Source: a virus (Duplodnaviria; Caudoviricetes). Taken from it: DNA of 33,326 nucleotides. Positions 9,286 to 18,978 of the stretch are shown piece after piece. The translations under genes were made by a program, and so were the position numbers. The stretch lies in IMG/VR virus record IMGVR_UViG_3300011335_000907, positions 1 through 33,326 of that record. The stretch is one strand, 5' to 3'. Under the pieces are notes generated by a model, which saw only the letters and a list, made by a program, of their open reading frames with translations, ran no database searches and was not told the origin of the DNA. How positions within the stretch are numbered: position 1 is the stretch's first letter; each line of letters begins with the position of its first letter.

Positions 9286-9809
9286 GCTACAAAGGCCAGC
9301 TCACGGCCGCGATGAACTTACTGGCGGCTGATACTTCCACCCGCTTCATCGGGTACGGTGTGAAGATTGGCGGCAGAGCCGCGGGCACCCTCAGCGCTGT
9401 GCCGGATTGCCAGTTGGTCGAGACTCCCGTGGCTGAGAATCTTATGGTCGGCCTAGCCACTGGCATGAGCCTAGCTAGCCTTAAGCCCGTCGTTTTTATT
9501 GAGCGGATGGATTTTATTCTTAACGCACTGGATGCGATCGTAAACCACCTCAGCGCCGCCCGTGATATCTCCTGCGGCGAGTTTACCCCCGCGGCCATCC
9601 TGCGCGTCGTCGTCGGTAATAAAACAAAGCCGCTCTACACCGGCCCCACCCACGTCCAAGACTTCACCGACTCAGTCCGGGCCATGGTCAATTTCCCCGT
9701 TTTAAAGCTAACCATCCCAGACGAGATCGTGCCCGCCTATCAGGATGCGCTGGATGCCTTGAGCCTGGGCAGATCCACCATGCTCGTCGAAATGAAGGAT
9801 CTGCTGTGA
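9282..9809 (+). CDS. ThDP-dependent enzyme beta subunit (pyrimidine-binding domain only)
   Basis: ETPVAENLMVGLATGMS, KPVVFIERMDF, GPTHVQD; 175 aa, no C-terminal transketolase domain; ATGA-coupled start at 9282. Confidence 0.88.
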   Translation: MSYKGQLTAAMNLLAADTSTRFIGYGVKIGGRAAGTLSAVPDCQLVETPVAENLMVGLATGMSLASLKPVVFIERMDFILNALDAIVNHLSAARDISCGEFTPAAILRVVVGNKTKPLYTGPTHVQDFTDSVRAMVNFPVLKLTIPDEIVPAYQDALDALSLGRSTMLVEMKDLL

Positions 9810-10897
9810 AACAAAACAAATACAGCGACTTTAAAATCTTTAGCTTTCCAGAAAAGGTGGAGAGCTTTCGCACAGGCAACATCACCGCCCCGATTTACGT
9901 GCGGGTAAAGCCTATCAACATCTGTCAGCACGCTTGCCGCTTCTGCACCTACTCGGACGGCTCCACCCGCAAGAAGGATCGGCCAGACCTCCACCTCCAA
10001 TCAGGCATGCATACCGCCATGAACGAACGGGACACTATGCCCAAGGAAAAAGCCCTTGAGCTTATGGACGATCTTGGCGCCATCGGTACCAAGGCCATCA
10101 CCTTTTCAGGCGGCGGCGAACCGCTACTGCATAAAGATATTTCCGTAATCATGGGCCGTGCCATCGATGTAGGCTTAGATCTATCCATCATTACAAACGG
10201 CCAGAGCTTGTCCGGCCTGCGGGCGGAGGTATTAGGCCAAGCGAAGTGGGTGAGGGTATCGATGGACTACACTAGCTCCGAGCAGATGGTCGCTAGTCGT
10301 AACGTGCCCGAGTCTTGGTTCGATGGCGTCATCACTAACCTCGAGCAATTCGCCAGCACCAAAACCCAGTCGTGTGATCTGGGTGTAAATTTCATAATTA
10401 CAAACTACAACTACGAAGGCCTAGTCCCTTTCGCTAAGCGGCTCAAAGATATCGGCGTAGAAAATGTCCGCTTCTCGCCCGTATACGTGCAAAACTTTAA
10501 GGAGTACCACACCCCCATCGCCACCCGTGTGCGCGAACAACTGGCCGAGTGCCAATCCTTTTGCGATTCAGACTTCACCATTAACACCACCTACGATCTG
10601 GACAGTCCCAGCAAATCTCCTCTCCGCCCGTTTCACCGTTGCCTCTACGCTCAGGCCGCCTGCGTCGTCGGTGCGGATCTGGATATCTACGCCTGTCACA
10701 ACACCGCCTACAGCAACCACGGCCGGATCGCCTCAATGAAAAACCAAAGCTTTGCCCAAGCATGGTTCAGCGACGAGGCGCGGGCATGGCATAAAAACTT
10801 TAACCCAGGCGTGAGCTGCCAACACGAGTGCGCTAACCACGCCAAAGTCGCACTCTTTGAAAAACTGGCCACCGATAGCCACGACGCTTTTGTCTAA
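9806..10897 (+). CDS. Radical SAM protein with SPASM/twitch domain
   Basis: CQHACRFC (CxxxCxxC), SGGGEPLL, ITNG, RVSMD; C-terminal C...VGADLDIYAC...CQHEC. Confidence 0.93.
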   Translation: MKQNKYSDFKIFSFPEKVESFRTGNITAPIYVRVKPINICQHACRFCTYSDGSTRKKDRPDLHLQSGMHTAMNERDTMPKEKALELMDDLGAIGTKAITFSGGGEPLLHKDISVIMGRAIDVGLDLSIITNGQSLSGLRAEVLGQAKWVRVSMDYTSSEQMVASRNVPESWFDGVITNLEQFASTKTQSCDLGVNFIITNYNYEGLVPFAKRLKDIGVENVRFSPVYVQNFKEYHTPIATRVREQLAECQSFCDSDFTINTTYDLDSPSKSPLRPFHRCLYAQAACVVGADLDIYACHNTAYSNHGRIASMKNQSFAQAWFSDEARAWHKNFNPGVSCQHECANHAKVALFEKLATDSHDAFV

Positions 10898-10899
10898 GA

Positions 10900-11517
10900 A
10901 TGAAAACTAAAAGCGAGCTGATCGGCTTTGAACTACGCATCAAAGATATCTTTGAGCAGGGTAAACTGCCTTATCTCCTGCACCTATGCGGGGGGAACGA
11001 AGACCAGCTCATCGATATATTTAAAAACATTTCACCAGGGGATTGGATCTTCTCTAGCCATCGTTCCCACTACCACTACCTACTGGCAGGCGGTGATCCC
11101 GCCGTGCTCGAGCAGATGATTAGAGACGGCCGGAGCATGTTTGTCTTTGACCGTAAATTAAACTTTTACACCTCCAGCATCCTTGCGGGAACCTGCGGGA
11201 TCGCGGCCGGCGTAGCCGCCAGCCTCAAAGAGCAGGGCAGTAGTAAGCGCGTCTGGTGCTTTTTGGGCGATGGGGCGGAGGATGAGGGACATTTTTACGA
11301 AGCGGTCAACTATGTCGATGGGAAGGGTCTGCCCTGCACCTTTATCATCGAGGACAACGATCGCTCTGTAGATACGTCTAAAATCCAGCGGGGTCGCGGT
11401 CGCATCCAGTGGCCTGATTGCGTAAGGCGCTACCACTACACCCCCACCTACCCACACGGCGGGGCAGGATGCAAAACCATGGTCACCTTTGATCCAGAGA
11501 TCCGTCCCATCTGGTGA
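10900..11517 (+). CDS. ThDP-dependent dehydrogenase E1 alpha-like subunit
   Basis: HLCGGNE, SSHRSHYH and ThDP/Mg motif GDGAEDEG...IIEDN; only 205 aa. Confidence 0.9.
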   Translation: MKTKSELIGFELRIKDIFEQGKLPYLLHLCGGNEDQLIDIFKNISPGDWIFSSHRSHYHYLLAGGDPAVLEQMIRDGRSMFVFDRKLNFYTSSILAGTCGIAAGVAASLKEQGSSKRVWCFLGDGAEDEGHFYEAVNYVDGKGLPCTFIIEDNDRSVDTSKIQRGRGRIQWPDCVRRYHYTPTYPHGGAGCKTMVTFDPEIRPIW

Positions 11518-11532
11518 CAAGGTAGCGAATAT

Positions 11533-11979
11533 ATGGCCGCCGTCACCATGCTCGATCGTTTAATCGAAGCCGCTTTCAAAGAGCTGATATCGCCCGTAGT
11601 TACCGCTCCCACCTACCACCTTTCCCACGATCAATCGGAGAACATGCCACCCAGCATTGTCATTAAGGCGTCCATGGGCTCAGAGGAACCCGTGCGGGGT
11701 AGTGGCATATTCAGTGTCCCAGTAGAGATTATCTTTGAAGAAAGCTACGATGACGCCACCCCCGCCTCCCACAGCGCCCAATCTAGCCAGATCCTTCAAT
11801 GCTTCTACGATTCCACTAATCTTTCGGCTAGGCTTAACGCCACCACCGCCATCGGCTCAGCCCGCACCTACAGCGCCAAACTAGAATCTAGCGAGGCCAG
11901 CGCCAATAATGAGGAGCGCAATTACACCCAAAACTATAAGCTCACCGTCATCGCCTACCCGAATTCCACTGCCAGTTGA
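11533..11979 (+). CDS. Probable tail terminator protein
   Basis: 148 aa directly before the tube gene; preceded by GTGACA-N13-ATG. Confidence 0.5.
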   Translation: MAAVTMLDRLIEAAFKELISPVVTAPTYHLSHDQSENMPPSIVIKASMGSEEPVRGSGIFSVPVEIIFEESYDDATPASHSAQSSQILQCFYDSTNLSARLNATTAIGSARTYSAKLESSEASANNEERNYTQNYKLTVIAYPNSTAS

Positions 11980-11997
11980 CACCAATAAAAGAACATT

Positions 11998-12345
11998 ATG
12001 GCAGCAACAACAATCGGAACGAGCGGCTTAAGCTTTGGTATCACAGCAGAATCTGGCGGTCTAGTTCAGTCCTTTACGGAAGCACGTAACATCCAGCGAG
12101 CAGAAGTGCGCAACGCCTCGGGCGAAGTAGTCGGTGCAGCCATGTATAACCCCACAGATACCTTTACCTTCACCACCACCATCACAGGCGCCTACGCCAC
12201 TACGGCCGGCGCAGTCATCACCACCCTAGCCAATGCTACCAGCACGGGCGGGAAAATGATCATCGATTCAGTCACGACGAATAAAAGCTCAGACGGATTC
12301 GTCACCGTAAACGTCTCCGTCACCCGCTTCCCTAACATGTCCTAA
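11998..12345 (+). CDS. Probable major tail tube protein
   Basis: Thr/Ser/Gly-rich beta protein upstream of chaperones and tape measure; preceded by TTGACA-N16-ATG. Confidence 0.6.
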   Translation: MAATTIGTSGLSFGITAESGGLVQSFTEARNIQRAEVRNASGEVVGAAMYNPTDTFTFTTTITGAYATTAGAVITTLANATSTGGKMIIDSVTTNKSSDGFVTVNVSVTRFPNMS

Positions 12346-12376
12346 CTTCCCATGCGGAAACGAAATCCTCTTATTT

Positions 12377-12748
12377 ATGATCGAGACATTTTGGGGAACC
12401 ACGAATTTAAAAGTAGCTGCCGCTGTGGCTACTTATGGTGCGGTGCTCCGGCCGGTTGATCCTGTCACCTGCATCGTGAAAGACGGCCAACGCCAATTCA
12501 CCTTTTGGTTTAATGATTCTGGCACGGGTAACGCTAAAGAAGAGATGGAGTGCGGCTGGGCCCAGATGCAATCAGAGCCAGAGGCGGCCATTCGCTACAT
12601 CAGAGCCGCCCTTGAGAACCGCGAAACATTGCTCGGCCTAATGAAACGGGCGGAACCCATCACCGCCATCAAGCGGGGCGAGCAAACCCTTTTAGTCAGT
12701 GAACGTGCAAAACCAGACCTTAAGAGGGCACTCCTCAATAAAATGTAA
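12377..12748 (+). CDS. Hypothetical protein in tail module
   Basis: 123 aa ORF, TAATG coupling to next gene. Confidence 0.7.
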   Translation: MIETFWGTTNLKVAAAVATYGAVLRPVDPVTCIVKDGQRQFTFWFNDSGTGNAKEEMECGWAQMQSEPEAAIRYIRAALENRETLLGLMKRAEPITAIKRGEQTLLVSERAKPDLKRALLNKM

Positions 12749-13131
12749 TGGACGACAACTCTTTAGATCTGGAACTAAATAACGCCTTTATTAGCCCCGC
12801 AAAAACGTGGCAGGGGCAGGAGCTGGCGCCCTACACCGAGGGATCTCGGCTCATCATGAGCCAAGTACGCAATAAAGAAGATAGCGGGATGTACTTTATT
12901 TACTCATTTCTATTCATTCACTTGGAACTCAAGAAAGATCGTAAGGCACTACTTCGCCTGGCGTGGAATGTGGAGGAGTTTAGATCCCGCGTCATGGACT
13001 TCGCCTGCACCGTAAAAGACAGCCAGGCGGCCACCGCCTTTGTCTCGGCCATATTTGACGAAGCGTCTTTGGCCCAGTACGAGATAGTCGATAACACAGG
13101 CGGCCTGCTGGCTCCGCCGGGAAACGCCTGA
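12748..13131 (+). CDS. Tail assembly chaperone (gpG-like)
   Basis: Ends in slippery G GGA AAC; lies between tube and tape measure. Confidence 0.75.
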   Translation: MDDNSLDLELNNAFISPAKTWQGQELAPYTEGSRLIMSQVRNKEDSGMYFIYSFLFIHLELKKDRKALLRLAWNVEEFRSRVMDFACTVKDSQAATAFVSAIFDEASLAQYEIVDNTGGLLAPPGNA

Positions 13132-13331
13132 CGCCAGCGAACGCCGCCATGGGCGCCTTTCCGCTGGCTCAAGAGTTTGGGTGGTCTTTTGAATATATTC
13201 TCTGGGATCTGCCCTTAAGCATGTTTCATCAAGCCCACTCTTGGCTTTTCTGGAAAAAGGGGATTCCTATGAGATATTTTTATAAGAGCGAAGAGGACAG
13301 GGATGACATAGCTCGCCTGCTTGGAATATGA
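13119..13331 (+). CDS. -1 frameshift extension of the chaperone (gpGT-like)
   Basis: GGGAAAC at 13119..13125; -1 frame open as KRLTPANAAMGAFPLAQEFGWSFEYILWDLPL... to 13331. Confidence 0.75.
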   Translation, partial: GKRLTPANAAMGAFPLAQEFGWSFEYILWDLPLSMFHQAHSWLFWKKGIPMRYFYKSEEDRDDIARLLGI

Positions 13332-14125
13332 CTGCCAACACATTCACAATAGATAGCGCCATGGCCGCACTACGCACCGAGATGAAGGACTACTTGGCCT
13401 ACACCTCAAAGAGCGTAGAGGAAGCGCTAGCCCACACCGCTCGCAAGGTAATTCTAGGCTCAGGCGGTGGAGATTACGGCAACAGAAGAGAGGGACTTTA
13501 CGGCCTTACCCGCTCCCTTGCCTTTAATAAACGCACAGAAATCGATTCCATGATGGAGGCTAAAAACTATCGGATCAAACGCATCTACTCCAGCAGAGTA
13601 ACTGGCGGAATGGGTGCCCCTCTTGTGGGCGGTAAAGGATTAAGCGGTAAAATGTATCGGTCGTCAGACAGTGCAAACTACAAAAAGCAGACTGCCGCCA
13701 TGTTTGCTAAAGGAATTTTAACCAGGGCAAAGGGCACCAAGGAAATCATCTACACTAGGAAAAAGGATATTGATTACAGCACCAGCGAGGCCATGCGTCG
13801 CTTTAAGTTCTCACGATTCCTTTCCGTCGGCTGGTTACCCGCCACCTATGTCTGGAAAAATGTTTGGAAAACGGGACAAGTAAAAACGTCCGCCCTTAAG
13901 CCTAATTCTTCTAAGTATGGATCGATCGACTTCTCGGGTAACGACTACACCTTTGCCGTAGTTATCACTAACCTTTTACCTGGCTTTGGTGTGGTAGACA
14001 AAAAGTACGGCATCGTAGCCAAGGCTCTGGCTAACACTGCCCAAGACATCCGCACCTATCTGAAGGACAAGTTTAGTTTTCGCAGGGACTGGAAATATAT
14101 CAAGGGTCAACCGGTAATGGCATGA
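13328..14125 (+). CDS. Basic virion morphogenesis protein (possible neck/tail completion protein)
   Basis: 265 aa Lys/Arg-rich, ATGA-coupled on both sides within the tail operon. Confidence 0.45.
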   Translation: MTANTFTIDSAMAALRTEMKDYLAYTSKSVEEALAHTARKVILGSGGGDYGNRREGLYGLTRSLAFNKRTEIDSMMEAKNYRIKRIYSSRVTGGMGAPLVGGKGLSGKMYRSSDSANYKKQTAAMFAKGILTRAKGTKEIIYTRKKDIDYSTSEAMRRFKFSRFLSVGWLPATYVWKNVWKTGQVKTSALKPNSSKYGSIDFSGNDYTFAVVITNLLPGFGVVDKKYGIVAKALANTAQDIRTYLKDKFSFRRDWKYIKGQPVMA

Positions 14126-15507
14126 GCGCAACCATTAGAATAGACGCAGAGGGATCGGCCCCAGAGTTTGCGGATAGAGTAGCAGGCGCTTTCGATCGCC
14201 TTTCCTTGTCTGAGGGAAAAGTAAAGGGAGCGATGCGTGGGATCGGTAGCGCCCTTGACGGGGCCACCAGTGCGGCCGATCTGGCCAGCAAAGGCGCGGA
14301 TGTATTGGCGGACAAGCTGGTTAAGGGGGTCGGCGGCGCGGCCGCCGTCGGAGCGGGTAAGCTTATTGGAGACGCCATGCGTAGAGTAGGGGCGGATCTT
14401 ACCGCCGCCGCAGAATCCGCCAGCGCCGCGTCCAAAGCCTTCAATACCCTAGACTTTAAGAGCGCCATCGCCTCCTCCGCCCAAATGAGCGCGGCCATTG
14501 ATAAAATTAGAGCCAGCGCAGACGCCATTCGTGAGTCGCCAAATCCTTTTGTTCGAATAGCTAATTATGCCTACGGCGCCACAAAGGCTATGGACGAGCT
14601 GGCCGAGGCCACCGAACGCGAGAGGCAGGCGTTAATGGCTTTGGCCGCCCAACAAGATCGCATGTCGGCAGAATCCAAGGTGGGCAAAACACCTGGGCAA
14701 CGCGCAGAGATAGATCGCCTAGCACAGAATAAAAAAGAGCTAGATCAGGCCAATCAAATTTCAGATCCCGCCACCCGCGCCAGAGCGCAGGCAGATATAG
14801 CCAGGCGCCAAGCGGCTGAAGAGCAGATCAAAGAAGACGATCGGCACGCAAAATCTGTGGAACAAGTAGGCAAAGAAGCGGCCATCCAAGAAGAAAAGAT
14901 TAGAGATGCCGCCGCTAAAGGGGACGCGGCTGCCCAGAAACTTGTCGATGAGTTTGACGCCAAGAAAGCCGCGGAAGCACAAAAGGCGCAAGAAGAGGCA
15001 GACAAGGCGGCGGCAAAAGAACAGGCGCCTAAAGCGTCTTACGGCGGAGGAACAACGGGCGGAGCGCCTTCTGGCATGTCCTCACGTGATGTGGCAAATC
15101 AATCTGATTATGGCCGTCAATTAAACCAACAGAGTGATAAGGCTACCGCCAGAGCAATTAAGGAAGAAAACGCTAGAGACGCCCAACAATCGTTAAACAA
15201 TACAAAAGATCAGATTAGAAAAGAACGTAATGAAGCGGACAAATATCAAAACCATAAAGACGATCAAATCAGCAATACAGAGGCGTTAAACAGACAAAGA
15301 AAAGACAGAGAGGAAGCGGATAAAAAAGCCAGAGAAGAACAAAAAAAGGGAAGCGGAAAAGGAGAGGGGGGTGCTGCGGGAGACAAGAAAGATGGCAAGG
15401 GTACCGGCAAGGACGGAGCCAGCGGCGGCGAAAAAGGACTTGGTGATATTTACACCCTCCTAGATGACAACCTCAAAGAGATGCGCACTTACGCATACGT
15501 AAAATAA
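14122..15507 (+). CDS. Tape measure protein (short)
   Basis: Ala-rich helical 461 aa protein after the chaperones. Confidence 0.75.
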   Translation: MSATIRIDAEGSAPEFADRVAGAFDRLSLSEGKVKGAMRGIGSALDGATSAADLASKGADVLADKLVKGVGGAAAVGAGKLIGDAMRRVGADLTAAAESASAASKAFNTLDFKSAIASSAQMSAAIDKIRASADAIRESPNPFVRIANYAYGATKAMDELAEATERERQALMALAAQQDRMSAESKVGKTPGQRAEIDRLAQNKKELDQANQISDPATRARAQADIARRQAAEEQIKEDDRHAKSVEQVGKEAAIQEEKIRDAAAKGDAAAQKLVDEFDAKKAAEAQKAQEEADKAAAKEQAPKASYGGGTTGGAPSGMSSRDVANQSDYGRQLNQQSDKATARAIKEENARDAQQSLNNTKDQIRKERNEADKYQNHKDDQISNTEALNRQRKDREEADKKAREEQKKGSGKGEGGAAGDKKDGKGTGKDGASGGEKGLGDIYTLLDDNLKEMRTYAYVK

Positions 15508-15512
15508 TATAT

Positions 15513-16286
15513 ATGGCCACAACAATTCTCGGCACATTTCCTGTCCTTAATTACACCAAATCTCAAACAGACGAGTATGGCTTTGATTATGTTTCCTATC
15601 AGTACACAATTAAAACCAGCACACTGGATAATTATAACATTAAAAAAGATGATGTCTTTGAAGGGATCGAAACATGGCGCGGTGTTTCTTGGACCAAGAC
15701 CCCTAATCCTCAATCTCTTTATGTTGTAGATACTGTTGAAACTAAGAACAGTCCTGGAGACTTAACACAGCTGATGGTTAACACCGTTGGCAGTAAAAAC
15801 ACTTCTAACCCGCCTAGAGTTTGCATAATTTCAGGCGGTCCACTTATATTTGGATTATCTGGAACATTTCCGAGCGGACAAATTCAAGGCTACGGAGTTG
15901 ATGGTGTAGGTCAAAGCGTTGAAGTTAAATTTCTTGCTACAGGTGGCATTGCAGGACAGCAGTCTATATTAACAACATATTTTGGCGCGGCAATGCCTGC
16001 AAGTATTGGTGGATCTAGCCTGCCGGCTCCAGCAAGAGGTCCTGGTGGTTTTAATAATGATTACGTTGTTCCTGGTAATGACCTTATGGGAGCGTACATT
16101 GTTCGAGGTACTTTTGGAGATTACTATGGCTTTGTTTGTAAGACTGTTTTAACAGAAAAGCGGGGCAGCTTGCTCCTTGTTACTCTTGTATTTTCCGAGG
16201 CTGGTTACGCCGATTACTGGCCAAATCCAGTAAGTGCGCAGTCGCAAACTTCCATCAATATATACAGATTCCCAATCGTAGGATAA
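15513..16286 (+). CDS. Tail tip / distal tail-position protein
   Basis: Directly after tape measure, beta/Gly-rich, lower GC. Confidence 0.5.
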   Translation: MATTILGTFPVLNYTKSQTDEYGFDYVSYQYTIKTSTLDNYNIKKDDVFEGIETWRGVSWTKTPNPQSLYVVDTVETKNSPGDLTQLMVNTVGSKNTSNPPRVCIISGGPLIFGLSGTFPSGQIQGYGVDGVGQSVEVKFLATGGIAGQQSILTTYFGAAMPASIGGSSLPAPARGPGGFNNDYVVPGNDLMGAYIVRGTFGDYYGFVCKTVLTEKRGSLLLVTLVFSEAGYADYWPNPVSAQSQTSINIYRFPIVG

Positions 16287-16288
16287 AA

Positions 16289-16612
16289 ATGCCGCAGGAA
16301 CCTAAGCTCCAAATGTTGCCGGATAAAGATATGAAAATATCTGGCGAACAGTTTCGCAAAATAGTAAGGCGGATTGAATCTATTGTCCCGCTTGCTGGGG
16401 ATGGAATAAAGGTAACCCCTAAAGAAGGCGGCTATAAAATAGATGCTGATCAGCAAGCAGGTGGGTATGGAAAGTGTGGATTTGCTGAGCAAGGATACAG
16501 CGCTTTATTTGATATAATTACACTGAATGTATGCTCAAACGGGAGTCCAGCCACCATCTACGTTTACGCTCCAACTGGGCAAGACCCAGACATTTTACTT
16601 TGTGAGGTTTGA
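16289..16612 (+). CDS. Hypothetical tail-region protein
   Basis: 107 aa ORF in operon, AGDGIKVT segment. Confidence 0.55.
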   Translation: MPQEPKLQMLPDKDMKISGEQFRKIVRRIESIVPLAGDGIKVTPKEGGYKIDADQQAGGYGKCGFAEQGYSALFDIITLNVCSNGSPATIYVYAPTGQDPDILLCEV

Positions 16613-16628
16613 CAACCGCTAATACTCA

Positions 16629-18251
16629 ATGGCCTCGAATATAGATATTCTTTTAGACAAATCCAGCGGCCTGCTTTTGGGTGGGTCGGCTCCTGCGGGT
16701 GTCTTGCCAACTTTTACTAGGAACGACGTTTATCCGTTTCGCCTGCGTGTGCTCGAGCGTAATGCAGACGGCTCCTATACCGACGCCGCCCTCTCTAGTC
16801 CCTCCTTTTCACTTGGTATTGGCAACATCGACGCCGTCGCCACGGACGGCCAGTTTAAGCTCACCACCACCACAGGCACCTCTACCGCCATCTCCTTTAA
16901 CGCCACCACCGCTCAGGTGCTTTCCGCTGTAAGTGCCATTGCTGGAAACGTGGGAGTAGTCACCTATGGCGATTCGGGTTCAGCTTGGATTATTACGGCC
17001 GCCACCGCTAACACGGCTCTCAGCTTTGGCGCCTTACCCTTTACCTTGTTTCCTACTGCGGCCGTCCAAGTAAATACACGCAGAGTCCCCACAGCCTCTG
17101 TCTACGCCCAGCAAATCGTTTCCTTGAGCCGTAACCCAGCCGTCTTTTCTAGCTCTTTTACTGCAGTTTCAGGCAACGGAATCACCCTGACAAAAACACA
17201 GGACGGGTCGGCATCGCTTAACGAGACTTACGCTCTTACCGTGGGTAACGATGTCTATGGCGGGTCGTACAGCCTGGCTTATGGCGGTTACTCGGTTGGG
17301 ATTGGATACAATCAAAACGCGACAAATGTGGCCACCATGCTCTCAGCAGTTACTGGGATCGGAGCGGGCAATATCTCGGTTGTCAGTGATTCAAAGAGGG
17401 GATTGATTATATCTTTTGTTAATGCTCTTGGCTTGCAAAACGTAACCACTGCCCTTGTGCTGGATTCCACTGGAGTGCAAACTTACAGCTGGTACACCTC
17501 CACCGTTACCATGTCCACGAGCGAGATGGAGGAATTATTTAACGAAGCAAAGACAGACACCATCACCCCTACTCTAGAAATTGAGATGACGGAGAGCGGT
17601 CAAACAAAGACACTTCTTCAGTACACCACCTCAATCAGTAAGGATCTAATTCTTACTGGGGCACTGGTACCGGCGGATCTAGCCCTCTACTACACCGCCG
17701 CCCAGGTGAACGCTGGATTCATTGCGGATTCTGGGACCAATGTAAACGCTGCCAACCGCGCCCTCAAATCTTCTACTGGCGTAACTGCGGTTAACTACGG
17801 CGGCCGCACTTTGGTAAACAGCGCTGGATCAAATGTCGTCAGTTTTTCCACTGGCCTAGCTCTCTCGGGTGTCATGGGTTTTTACGGAAACACTCCTACT
17901 GCTCAACCTGCCAACATCAATGCCGTCTCTGGCATGATTGCCGTCGGATTGTTGGCCAGTGGCACCACCTACGGCGTCCTACCCACATCTCCCTACACCG
18001 TCACCACCATTACGTCGGTCACCTTTGGCACAGTAGCCGGTAACGATCAGCACTACCGGGACGTAACCGTGATGGGCGCGGCCGTGAATGACGTTGTACT
18101 GGTTGGCCTGCCCGCGGCCGTATCCGCTGGGGCCGTCATCCAGGGCGTAGTCTACAAGACCAACACCGTCTGCCTTTCTTGTACCAACGCGGATTCAGGA
18201 TCGCTTGCTATCAATACAGCCACCTATCGCATTACCGTCATCGGCTATTAA
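16629..18251 (+). CDS. Tail/baseplate structural protein
   Basis: 540 aa Thr/Ser/Ala/Gly-rich beta protein; preceded by TTGACA-N14-ATG. Confidence 0.65.
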   Translation: MASNIDILLDKSSGLLLGGSAPAGVLPTFTRNDVYPFRLRVLERNADGSYTDAALSSPSFSLGIGNIDAVATDGQFKLTTTTGTSTAISFNATTAQVLSAVSAIAGNVGVVTYGDSGSAWIITAATANTALSFGALPFTLFPTAAVQVNTRRVPTASVYAQQIVSLSRNPAVFSSSFTAVSGNGITLTKTQDGSASLNETYALTVGNDVYGGSYSLAYGGYSVGIGYNQNATNVATMLSAVTGIGAGNISVVSDSKRGLIISFVNALGLQNVTTALVLDSTGVQTYSWYTSTVTMSTSEMEELFNEAKTDTITPTLEIEMTESGQTKTLLQYTTSISKDLILTGALVPADLALYYTAAQVNAGFIADSGTNVNAANRALKSSTGVTAVNYGGRTLVNSAGSNVVSFSTGLALSGVMGFYGNTPTAQPANINAVSGMIAVGLLASGTTYGVLPTSPYTVTTITSVTFGTVAGNDQHYRDVTVMGAAVNDVVLVGLPAAVSAGAVIQGVVYKTNTVCLSCTNADSGSLAINTATYRITVIGY

Positions 18252-18279
18252 CCCCTGGCTGTTGGCCTAACGAAATCCT

Positions 18280-18978
18280 ATGTTTGTTTACCCAAAATAC
18301 TTCCCGTGTTTGTGCGTAACAGAAACAGCATCAGATCCTAAAGAAATTCGCTACAACGATGTCCAGATTTATCCAGTCGGATTAAGTTTAGAACAAGCAG
18401 TAGCCTTAGTATGGAAACCAAAACAATTTAATATAGAAACATCTTATACCTTGGGTGTGGATTGTGGTGCCTCATGTTCCTATCAAACTGGAACCATAAA
18501 CGGAACATCCGATGACAGTAACGAACACGCAAAACTAACAAAAATGAGCGACTTGGTTTGCCTTGAAAGCTACTACCCAGAGTACACACGAATTGGTCAA
18601 AGTAATTCATATACAGATTGCAATGGGGATCCCCAGTCGCCCTATGAAATTAGTTCCTTTTTACAAATCAATATTAACGATAACCCGCTTATACCGTTTA
18701 ATTTTCCAATCTATTTGTACAATCCGACAGGAATCATACAAGATGACTTATATTATATAAACATGTTCTTTAGCGCTGGAAATGGAACCGGAAACCTGAA
18801 TGATTACAATAAAACCACAACCGCGGGAATTTTCACTATTCAACTTGGCGATCTTGAGGACATAACTTTCCCTATTTACTTCTCTGAGGCCACGGGTTCT
18901 TGCGGTCAACCAACTGCATCCGCTACGTTTTCTATGACTAAAACGCCCTACGAAATTGATGAGAGGGAAAAAAACTGA
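18280..18978 (+). CDS. Cys-containing tail-region protein
   Basis: 232 aa, lower GC, ends in A AAA AAC TGA. Confidence 0.65.
   Translation: MFVYPKYFPCLCVTETASDPKEIRYNDVQIYPVGLSLEQAVALVWKPKQFNIETSYTLGVDCGASCSYQTGTINGTSDDSNEHAKLTKMSDLVCLESYYPEYTRIGQSNSYTDCNGDPQSPYEISSFLQININDNPLIPFNFPIYLYNPTGIIQDDLYYINMFFSAGNGTGNLNDYNKTTTAGIFTIQLGDLEDITFPIYFSEATGSCGQPTASATFSMTKTPYEIDEREKN

Noticed and set aside
9282-11517. Pyruvate dehydrogenase auxiliary metabolic genes
   Set aside because: Subunits truncated, no E2/E3, embedded among glycosyltransferases
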